In this document: in pieces, positions 39,818 through 50,762 of the stretch
Layout of the letters: every line of letters starts with the position of its first letter
Numbering within the stretch: position 1 is the first letter of the stretch
Origin: Moniliella sp. 'wahieum'
Taxonomy: Eukaryota
DNA length: 64,000 nucleotides
Reading direction: 5' to 3'
NCBI GenBank assembly: GCA_003971905.1
Contig: RSEE01000073.1
Location: 1 to 64,000, forward strand
Position numbers and translations under genes: made by a program
The notes under the pieces: model-generated
The model's database searches: none
What the model saw: the letters and a program-made list of their open reading frames with translations, nothing else
What the model was told of the DNA's origin: nothing

Positions 39818-42800
39818 GGGGGTGTAACGTGGGTGACGTGTATAACGCGCAACGCGTCATGAGTAGTTAACTAGTAACACGTACCCGCACCCTCTCTTCG
39901 TTTTCTCGCATCGCTAGCTAGCTCCTTCTCGCTCTCAAATTGTATCGAACTTAAGTACTCCACCGCTTCTCGTCAACTTTCTCGGCTTAATCCGTACGCG
40001 ACGCGTGTTTGAACCACGCAGATTGCTCAGGCTGTGAGGGGACTGGTCGCTGAGCGTCAGCGCTTAGCTCTCTATAGCGCTGCGGTTACCGGTTAGTGCC
40101 ACTACTAAGCCAATGGTAAGATTGTGAAAGCCTTTGCCCTTGGCTTGAGGCTTGAAGCGTGAAGCGTGAAGCTCGTGAAGTTTGAAGCTTGAAGATGGCT
40201 TGGTTACGGATCTACAGAAGAATTAAGCGGGGGGAAAACGTGTTGCCAGGGTGCAATGGTGGCGACAATGGCGGATCGGCCCACTTTTATTGAGGTGCCT
40301 TTTCGCGTCTGGCGTACGTCGTACACGCGTACACAAATCCATTTATCGTGCGAGTACTGTGTGTTGTTTTCTAGACCAACCTTCAACCTATGCCCATGCT
40401 TACAGCTTAACTGCGCTTAGCGTTAGCGCCTACCATGCATCAAGCCCTGTAAGCGTAAAGCCCTGACATGCCTGACATAAGTACAAGTGTAGATGTCTCG
40501 ATGAGACTGGCGGTCAAAACTGGGTCAACGCGTCAACGAAAAGAGGCTTTGCTCATGCGCTCATGCATGGGCTTTAGAGGGTATATACCACTGGCACCAG
40601 GCGAGGTATACCGCGCGAGATACCGGAAAAACGGTTTCCCCTCTTCCCCTCTAAAAAGATCTGAAGTCTGAAAAGATCTCTGTGGCGCACGATAGCCCCA
40701 CACAGACAACAGGAAGGAAGTATGTCGATGATCGATGCTTATTGATCGGTTACGCTTATACCGTGTATTGCGCAGCATACACCATCGCAAGTGGTGCAAC
40801 ACCAACAAGCAACAGTGGTGCAAAAAAAGGCTGCGCCCTTCGTGCCTCTTGCTTCTTCTCCCTTCAAGCTTCATCTCCATCGTGCTCCCCCCCCCCATAG
40901 TCGCCCCACTCCACCACTCCCGCGGCCTCCCCCTCTTCAAGCGTCAAGCTTCAAGCTTCAGTATCCAGCCAAGCCACTTGTTACCGCGTAGCATGCACAC
41001 ACTCCTCCTTTCCTCGCCCCCCCCTTTTAACGTTTCTTTCCTTTGCCTTTTCTCGTCTGTCAGATATGCATGTCAGATCCAGATCTGAGTCTCTCACACG
41101 TCACACGTCACAGATCACAGGGTCATGCATCAGGTCTCAGGATCTCCGGCACACGTGCTCACAGGGCCCCAATCAGTAGGGCTTTGAAATTTGATCGATG
41201 ATCAATATTCGATGATCGATGGTCGATGATCGATGATCCCCTATCGGCTCGAGAAGGCAGGGCAGAGAGCAGGGCCCCACAGCAAAAGCCTCGAGATCGA
41301 CTGATGCATGATGCATCATCCTTTTTGTGGCCACTGGCTAGAATCTCACGGACGCCCCCCGGGTAATCGAAGTAACTGGCCTCACACAGCCTGAGGCTGC
41401 TGCGCCTATGGAGTGGGATGATGCTGATGTTGACGGCGCTGGTGAAAAGGGGAGCTGGTGTATGATGGCGAGAGTTGAAATTTGAGGCCGGGGAGGCCTG
41501 AGGATGCTGAGATGCAAAAGCACATTGAAGCTTGCGTGAAGCTGCTTTCAGCTCTCAATACCCAATACTCAATCCACTGCCGTTACTATATACATTGTCT
41601 CTATTTTCTTGAAACCCACCCCCCTTATTCAATCTTTTGGATTTGGAAGAGTCGGGGGGTGTCAAGCAGGCCCGAGTGTTAAGGGAGACAGCCAGATTGG
41701 CGTTACGCGCTACGCAGCACGCATGGTACGACGGCCATCGGCCATCGACTATCGACCATGATCACATTTACGGTACCAACCAACGCGTTAGTAACGCGCA
41801 ACGCGTATCGTTTTGCTTATACGAACGCGTCCCGCAGGCCGCAGGGCTGACGCGTGACGCTGATCTCAGCTCTCCCTGGGATCCGACGCTTGAAGCTTGA
41901 AGCTAGCTTGAAGCTTGAAGAGCTTGAAGAGCTTGAAGGATCTCAGATCTCAGATCTCAGACCTCAGAGATCTCAAGCTTCCAGGGTCATCGAGTTATCG
42001 ATCATCGGTCAGGCCGGTCACTAGCTTCACTAAGCGCTAAGCCCTAGGTCACCGATCACCGGTCACCAGTCACCGGTCACTTGCTTCACTCTTAGTCACT
42101 AGCCGCTAGCCTGAAGCAGGTGTCTGATTCTGAGGTCTCACCCTCAGGCGGGGCCTCCGGCCTCACCGGTCAGGCCGGTCTGGCCCCTCAGTACCTCAGT
42201 ACCCTCAGTACTCAGTGACTAGTGAGGCCTCAGGCTCAGGTCCGAAAAAATCGGATCGGTACCAACAGACTGCACCCGTGCTGTCCGCAGCCCAATTTCC
42301 GCTCGATCGATCGTAGCGCTTAAGGAGGCACACCGGCAGAACTCAGACTCAGACAACCGATCTCAGATCTCAGATCTCAGATCTCAGATCTCAGATCTCA
42401 GATCTCAGATCTCAGAAGCGTATCTTGAAGCTTGAAGCTTGAAGCGTGACCCAATTTGGTGCCTGGTGACCAGTGACCGGTGACCCCGGTGACCGGCAGA
42501 TCTCAGAACCAGATCGATCATCGATCTTGAAGCTTGAAGCGTAAAGCTTAAGCTTAACCATTGATCATCGGTGTTCAGATGATCGATGATCCATGGTTGG
42601 TGAACGCGTCGACTGGTCAGCATATCCACGTATCCGAGCGGAGGCTGGTGGCGCGGGAGAGCGAGGTATGCGAGGGAAGCGATGGAAGCGAGGGTGGCGA
42701 GGGAGGCGACGGTGGCTGGGAGGCGAGGCCCGAGGGAGGCTTCAAGGGTGGGGGGGTAAATTTGATGAACTCTTACCTTGTTGATGGCATCCAAGTTCCT

Positions 42801-43307
42801 CCGTGTGTTCCGGGGTTTGAGCACGTAAGATCCCCAGGGATGCATTCTTTTTCATCTTGGAAGTATCTTCCAGCTTCACTCCCGTTACGCGTTACGCGTT
42901 ATGCTTCCGGCTTCAAGCTTCAAGTAAAACATTAGTTTCAACCTAGGGCGCCGGTAGGTGCAAATGTCCCCAAGTTTCCGGCCTTAGGCCGGCCTCAGGC
43001 CTCAGGCCTCAGGCCTAATGCGAAGGCGGCTCAATAAGCGGAGCGCTCAGGCCGAGCCGCTGAGCAGTTGGGCCGGAAATAGAATCTAGCCGAAAACGGA
43101 CGCTGTATCTGGAACAAGAATAGCATTGGACGTTTCGGACCGGGCCGTCCCCGAATTCGGCAATCGGCAATCGCGGGAACGGGGCGTGGAGAGAGTGGCA
43201 AAAGCGCCAAGCGTCGGGTTTGAGACGGTCACCCTCTGCGGTGAAATCCGCTTACATGTTTGCGTTACGTTACACACCACGGTACACACGTTTCATGTTA
43301 CACTCCC
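39818..43307. mobile_element. Possible decayed TIR DNA transposon (PIF/Harbinger-like ends)
   Basis: Left end TAA|GGGGGTGTAACGTGGGTGACGTGTATAACG versus the reverse complement of the right end GGGAGTGTAACATGAAACGTGTGTACCG (12/14 terminal matches). The TSD is not matched (TAA vs TTG) and no transposase is visible. Confidence 0.35.
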
Positions 43308-46300
43308 TTGCCCTTTACCGGTTACCGACGGCCGGTTACCGGTTACCTCGCGTCCCAGAACGTTATGTTGGTAGCTTCCAACTTCAAACGTCAACGCGTC
43401 AACGCATCAACGCGTCAACTCAACGGTCAACGTCGTCTGGTAAACAAAATAATCGATAATCCAAGCGGGGTAAGAAGAAACGGGGAAGAGCCTGCGCGCA
43501 ACAACCCAAAACGGCTCCCAAACGACACCCCTTTTGCAGCGCCATAGCAGATATGGATCGCCTAGCCAGGAAGGCTCAGTCCGGTCCCTTAAGTCCTGTA
43601 AATCAGGTACCACGTTAAACGTTAAACGTTAAAACGTTAACCGGGTTAACCGGGTTAACCGCTTACCGGGGTACTCGTTATACAGTCCAAATGGGAAGAT
43701 CCGGATCGTAAATCGATTCCAGTAACGCGTAACAACGTACTAACCCAGATGTGGGGCAGATTCCACTCGAACAAGGCGACACCGTCAAGGTGAAAAGACA
43801 AATGGGAAAGGGGCCAGAGAGGGGGGGGGCAAAGGGCGACAGAACCGATCGTAAAGAAAGGGAGAAGAAACAAAGAGGGAGAGAGAGAAACGTCACAGAG
43901 AAAAGTAGAGTACAACACGGTCCGAACACACCCATACAAAACAGTACAACAGTCCGACACCAGAAAGTGCAACAGTACACACGGTATACAAACAAGACTC
44001 GTAGAGAGAGGAGACGAGACGAGACGAGACGAGAGAAGGCACGTTCAACGCTGACCCCTTCGCCATGCCCTCCGCACTTGGAGGCCGCTTCCCACGAGCA
44101 AACCCTGCGCGGCGCACCGCTACCGAGGGAGAGGCAGGCAGGGTCCGAACCCAAGCTCATCGACGATGAGCGGGACGACAAGGAAGCGAAGCAGGACCGG
44201 CTGGTCGACTGTGTCCCACATGTCCACGCCGACGAGGCACTCGAGAAGGAGAAGGTGGATAGATGACCACCATACGACGTCGAAGGCGACGAAGGTTCCG
44301 ACGACAACGAACGGTGCGTGCGGCGCAACCGTACCTGAGCCATGTCAGAACTAACCCCCGCGCCTACAGTGGGCGGTTGTTCGTCGAATACGGACTCGGG
44401 CTCGAGCTCGAGCTCGGGCTCGGGCCTGGGAGGAGAATGGCGGTGGGTGGAAATGTCCGCATCCACAGCAAGATCGGCGGTACGGGTGGCGCTCCCAGTG
44501 GTGGCGGTGGGGATGGGGCCATTGATGACTTGGGTGGGAGCAGACGAGGGAGAGGCGTAGTCATCGGGAAGAACAAGGGACTCGCGACCGCGACGAGTGG
44601 CACCCAATGGAACGGCATGCAACTCTTCCTCCTTCTGGGGCGGAGTGGCCATCAAGGAAGGGAAGGACCCTGGCCACTCGGCAGCGGTGGCAGGCAGAAC
44701 AGGGGACGAGCAGCAGGTTGAAAAGGCGAGCGGGGCGGGCAAGCGGGCGCGGATGGAGGCGTGGGCAGGCCGCTTACGCGGCTCGGGTAACGCAGGGGGC
44801 AACAAGGCTGCGCCGAAAGGAGGCGAATCAAGTGCCAGATCGATGGCAGGCCGATCCAGTCGGCGGTAGGCGTAGGCGTAGGCGCTGGCCGGGCCGATCC
44901 GAGGAGGGAAGTCGGCGTCGACATGGAGGCCAAGCACGTTGCCTCTGGGCAGAGGAGGCGCGCACAGGTCGACAGGGCTCGAGGTGTGCATCGCAGGGGC
45001 GGAGGAAGAGGGGAGGGGCGCAGGTGGTGCAAGGAAGGCAAGGCAGAGGGGAGGGAGGGGGTTAGGGCCCGATGGGGCCGAGGGAGGGGTGCTGATATAA
45101 ATAGAGGACGGGGCAGCGCACTGCACCGTAGCGCACCGTAGCGTGACCGCGTGTCTGCTCGCTCCCGCAGCCCAGGCGGCTTCAAGGCAAGGATCGATGA
45201 GATCTGAGATGATTGATGGTCGATGATCGATTATTGATGATTTCGATGATTGATGATGGATCGATGATGCATGTCGATGATGCAGACGAGGATCGATGAT
45301 TGATGACTCCATCATGGGTGATCTGTGATGTGTGATGTATGTTAATCTGTGATGGGGTGTGATGTGTGATGCGTGGCTAGAAGTGCATGTGGCAAAGGCC
45401 ATCAGCCACCGCTGCCACGCCCCGCGGACGTATCGGATGGGCAGCTCGCCGGGGGGCCACAGCGCCGAAGGAGGTGGGCATGTGGCCAGTGACAGTCACC
45501 GACTACTGAGCACATACTGAGTACTGCGTATGAGTCTCAGATCTCAGGCCGACTAGCGACTGCCCTGAGTTGACCCTGGCAGACCCCACGCCGCAAAGCG
45601 CAGGCCATCCGTCACATGCACATGTCACACCATCATCCTGATTTGCCCTTGTGAGATCTGGGATCTGGGATCTTGATACGATTGATATCAGACGCAGCCA
45701 GCTGTGGCGCTATGCTGCGCTCAGGTAGTCAGACACTCTGTGCCCAGGGCCTGAGTACCAAGCATCAGGCTGAGGCGCTGTGCAGCGCTGAGCTGAGCCC
45801 TTCTGCCTGACCTGTGCTTGGCTGAGCGCTTGAGCCTGTTTTGATTCATGCGTTGCAGCAGCCGGGTATTCTATAGTGTCATCTATCATCAATCATCGAT
45901 CATCACAGGCACCCCCATATTCTTTCCGGCGCCACCACTCCAGGGCCCCGTGGGTAGACCGGGCACTGGGAACGCGGGGACGCGGGGACGGGGGGCCAAG
46001 CTTCAAGTCGGTTACCGCGATCAGCTCGATCAGCCCAAAATCAACGTAACACAACAACGCGTCGACGTTCACCGGGTTCACCGTTAACCCGAACACTCAA
46101 TCATCCAAGATTTGTGTCTCCCGCTCCGCCCTACCTGTGTGTGGGGTTAGATCTTAGAAGCTGTGGGTCGGCACAGATATGAAGTGCACGAAGTTCTCGT
46201 TTGCGGTTTGTCGTTTGTCTGTTGTTGTTTGACGTTTGTCTGTTGTCAGTGATCGAGTCTTCGATGTTCATTTTTTCGAAGATCCCCCCAGACCGCAGCT

Positions 46301-48460
46301 CCGTTGGTATCCTGAGGCCCGAGACCCCCAACAGAAATAAGCGAGACCGATTCTTTAATAACCGTGTGTCCAACTGGATCGCTCTGATGGACTGATCTCA
46401 CACCCATTTTTCCCTCAACGTTCAACGACCAACCCCACCGAGAAGCTGACCCTTGAGTTCAAGTTGAACGTGTTGAGAACGTTGAACGTTGACGCGTTGA
46501 CGTGCCAAGCAAGCATGGAGGGACACGGCGTACAGTAGTGTCTTTTAGAACCGGAAGCAGTGGGTTGGAATAAAGTTAATAAAGACTTGGATTTTGCAGA
46601 GCTTCAAGCTGGAACCTTGAAGCTGGAACATTTAAGCTTGAACCCCAGTGACTTATACTGCTGTAGTTACCTAGTTACCAGTTAGTACAAGTTACTTATT
46701 AGTTAGCGATCGGCCCAAGCTTATTTCCACCTGACTAATGACTAGTGACTGTAGGTTTTTGACAGGCACTATATCTCACGTGCCCACTGAACCATGTGTC
46801 AAGCGTGTCGCACCCGGTAGGAAATGAATATCAATACGTTTTGTCATTTCGCTGGTATCTGCGTCCCGATTCGCACACCTGAGGGAAGGTCTTCAAGCTT
46901 GAAGCTTGAAGCTGGAAGCTCTTGAACAAGGTTAAAGCTTAAAGCGCTAAAGCTAAAGGCCACTAACGCTCGACAGGCCCAAGGCCTAAGGCCTAAGGCC
47001 TAATCGATAATCGATAATCGACCTGATCGATGAGCTCGATGAGCGCTGAGCTTGAGCCGCTCAGGCTGAGATCGATCATCGATCATGCATCATGCACACA
47101 GTCGGCCATCCAGAGGGCGGCAAAGGATGGCCAAAGTGCGTGTGGGGGAAATACCCGCGTTAATATCTTGCCAGATCTTGCCTTGAGTGCGTAGATCCGA
47201 GGCTTCCCCTTCCTGTGTCTTGCCACTGCCCTGCCCCGGAAGCCGGAACAAGCCTGCCGACTACACGCACACGTGGCGATGCTTCCAACTTCACGTACAT
47301 CATGCATCACATATCACACACTGAGTATACTCTCAGAAAAGAAAACCCCCATGGAACCCTTCCAGGAAAGACAGACCCTACGTAGTCGTCTATTGTTGGC
47401 CCAGTTGCGAAGTTGCTAATAGCTTCATTGCATTACTTGTGAGTTACTTGTTACCGAGTTACTAGTTACGCGTTACGCGTTACGGGTTACGGGTTACCAA
47501 CTTCCTTTGGGGGTCTATATGTCCCTAGCTCTTTGCGTGAAGCTTCAAGCTTCAAGCTCACCAAACTCATCAAGTGACTTATACATGTAGACACTAGCAT
47601 CCACACCCTGCGAAGTGCAATCGATGTGTCGAAAGCCACAGCTACACGCATCAATCGGCAGTTCTCAATTCAACTTGACCAGGGCGCTACGCGCTACAAT
47701 ACGATGGGTTTGTTTGTATAGATGGTGTAACATGTCACTAATCACTCACGCATGATATATCGAACATTGATAAGATCTAAAATTGCTAATCGAAAGTCGA
47801 TAAGATTCTCGATCCTTTAGCGTTACAGAACGAAGATATCTGAGAACCAAAGGTTATGGCACCGGCCATCGCGTTGCCCCATTTCCTCCCATCGAGCATC
47901 CCAGACCAGATCGACCATCGACCATCGACCATCGGCCATCGACCATCGACCATCGACCATCGACCATCGACCATCGACCATCGACCATCGACCATCGACC
48001 ATCGACCATCTCTCTCCATCGATCCCATCGAATATCCCCCATCGACCGACCATCCGAACCGTCCACTCTGCGTTGCAGGTAAGAAGACTGAGTACTGACA
48101 GATGGTCCGACGCTCATCGGACGATCATCCATGATCATCACACAAGCCATGCGACCACCGGTCACTAGTCACTATAGTCACTAATCACGAGCTAGTCACT
48201 GGCCCTGCCAGAAGCGTCGCGCGTCGCCCTCACACACCACTGACTGGGCCCAGGGTGGATCGATGGATCAAGCGTCCAAATTCACGCTTCAAGCATCCAG
48301 CTTCCGGTCCGGAGATCGAGCCTCGAGCTGTCCATAAGCTTTTTGCGGTAGTGAAGTGATTAATGATTGTCTCCAGTGGCTATTAATAGTGACTAGTAGT
48401 GAAAGGGACGAGTGTGATCTCAGAGCCCGAGGGCCCAGGCGCTCAGGCCTCAGTCGACCT
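39840..48460. repeat. Field of period-7 palindromic micro-repeats (A-NNNN-T palindrome + 1 nt)
   Basis: Examples: (GATCTCA)x8 at 42359-42414, (ATCGACC)x14 at 47910-48007, AAGCTTG/C, AGGCCTC/A, AACGTTA/G, ACGCGTT, ACCGGTC/T, ATCGATG/A, ATGCATG/C, ACTAGTC and AGCGCTN clusters. Confidence 0.9.
44045..44991 (-). CDS. Hypothetical Ser/Pro-rich protein (~315 aa)
   Basis: GC-rich open frame from ATG 44991 (MHTSSPVDLC..), with a TATTTATAT box and pyrimidine tract upstream and (CTCGT)n plus T-rich sequence downstream. The 3' end is uncertain: TGA at 44045 needs one frame shift, otherwise the frame runs to 43678. Confidence 0.5.
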
Positions 48461-48522
48461 AGCGTATTGAGGAAAGAGAGAAAAAAGAGAGAAAAAAGAG
48501 AGAAGAGGTGAGACGCCAATTG

Positions 48523-49030
48523 CTGTAGTGGCGCCCATAGCCCGGAGCCTGGAACCTTCGGATTCCTTGCACTGAATATTCCTTCTTGGCCGGCAGGACT
48601 ATTCTCTAGTCTCTGTAGCTCATGTGTGCAACGTAATACACCATCATCGATCGTCTGCCTGCTCTCTGGCCTTTCAAAAGAGAAGAAAGAAGAAAGACAC
48701 GCACAACCGGGATCTATAAATCATGCCACATAAGATCTAAGATCTACGGTGGTACAACGTTCCACGGTTGAGTATTGACATGGCAGAGCTGTGGGAAGAT
48801 AGTATGATGTAAAACTGGTATATATGCCTGTGAGGCTTGAGGAGAGATACCGTGGTGGCACACCCAGTGGAAGACCACAGAGAGGAACGAGATAGATTGG
48901 TATTGCATTGCACATGAGTTTCTTCACCGAAGCTAGATCCTAGTCCTGTCATCCAGGAAGGAATAATATCGCAAAGAATGTAGCAAAGAAGGGACCCCGA
49001 GTTTGGGGCTCTACTGTGGCGCCACTACTA
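48523..49030. mobile_element. Degenerate Tc1/mariner-type MITE (~510 bp)
   Basis: Inverted termini GTAGTGGCGCC (48525-48535) / GGCGCCACTAC (49018-49028) with further patchy pairing. Flanks are TG and TA, consistent with a decayed TA TSD. The interior is non-coding. Confidence 0.55.
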
Positions 49031-50762
49031 TACATGACGCATGATATGTGATACTCCATTCGGAATACACACACTCTCTTTACGTGTACCTCCCTCGTTC
49101 CTCACATGTCACACCATCGTATTAATTATACGTCTTGGGCCTATGCCGCCTTTTTGGATCGTGCCGTTTCTCCACCATCACAGTGTGTTCAGGACGTTCA
49201 GGCCAGGAGGCGAGCATTGATGGCTGACCTCGGTCTCATTACGCTGACATTCCCGCAGATCATGGATTTATTCATTCATCAAAGTCTGACGTTGGATGCA
49301 GCCACCGCGTTCTGCCTGTCCCACCTGCTCTTCCAACTCATCCTGCGCCAGATGCTTCGCCTCACCCGCTCTCGCACTGTCCTGAGCTTTGGTCATCTTG
49401 ACCCCTGACGAGTCACCTTCACAGATTCATCCGACATCCTCCGTCTCGCGCTCGTATAACCTGCAAAAGTATACACATGGATCGACTGGGTCTCTCGTCT
49501 CGTTCCTCACCTCGGTTCCGGTTTGCCCTTGACCCTCGCCTCGTTTCTGGCCTCGTATCTTTCGTTATTAGCACTCAGTTCTCCCTCTTGACCCGCTTCC
49601 CCTTTACACTGCAGGCCTATGGTATTTCCTCTGCTCCCCTTCACTTCTAATATGAAACCTGCCTGCTCTTATACATCCAATTATGATGGCACGTCGCCCA
49701 CCACTCCTTTCCCCTCGCTCCTTGTTCCAGTCACTCCACTTGGCACTCCACTCGAGAAGAACTGCCCTTTCAATCGGCTCTCTTCTCCTTCCTCCCCAGC
49801 CCATCGGAGCTCCCTCCCGCTTTCACGGCTGGCCACTGATGTGAAACATCCTTCTTGGACGCTACCTGGCTCTGCCCGACGAATGGCAAGGGACTATGAC
49901 TCGCGAACCGCCTACTAACGTTCACGCCTGTATTCTTTTTGGACCTTGGATCTGAACGCGTTCAGTCCTCCGTGAGTCTTGTCTCCGATGGGGGAAGGTC
50001 TCCTCCGGGAAGCCGGCAAACCCGTCACAGTCCCCCCGTCAGAACAGGGCATCTGACTATAGCCATGGCAGCAGCCTATGAAACGTATCGGCATGTGCAT
50101 CACCACATAGGGAGCTCTCAGTAGTCTTGACTATTTCTTTACAATCCCTGTACCGTGGCAGGCAACGAGAGATACACATAAGGCCTATAAAAAACACACA
50201 TGCTCCCGTTTCCCAATCACCGCTATATTCGTATACATGAGACACTGTCCAGGTAATCCATCTCCTCTCTAGCGGTCCGTACTGACTAATAAGGAAAGAG
50301 CATGTTTGGCATCAACATCGTTACAGCGCGTTTCTCATATTCACCGGATGGAAGAAGTCGTGGGGGACGTGGTATGGTAATGAGTGCCAAAATGTGGTTT
50401 ACAGGGTCTCATTCCTGTTGGGTTTGAGCCCCAATTGTCCCACCTGAAAAACGAAAACGGGGCAACGCAGAGGCAAGGGGGTTGGGTATATACAAACTGA
50501 CCCTGGATGCTCAATAAAGAGGGAAGAACGCACAGAGACTCGACAGATAGGAGGACAACTCTGATGCCATCGCGATTAGATGGGCAGATAGAAATAAAGG
50601 CAGAAGGGGGGGAAAGGGATTCCGTCGTTGACGCTGAGATCTGCCGACGGACTCCGGCTGGATTTGCAAGGGGACAACTAGGAAATGCCGGGAGGCGCGT
50701 TCCTGTTGGGAAAAAATGTGTCGTTCCAGACCAGAAGTTTTTCCATGGTATCGCCGTAATGA

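Noticed and set aside
45000..45402. N-terminal 137 aa of the 574-aa ORF 43678-45402
   Set aside because: It translates the ATCGATG/ATCAC repeat tract and crosses the TATA-like box. ATG 44991 is the more credible start.
47786..48165. ORFs with (MVDGRWS)n or (HRPSTID)n repeats
   Set aside because: These are translation artefacts of the 7-bp array, which is open in several frames.
49106..49460. Possible gag relic (RRRALMADLGLITLTFPQIMDLFIHQSL)
   Set aside because: Only a vague compositional resemblance, with no diagnostic motif, LTR or pol nearby.
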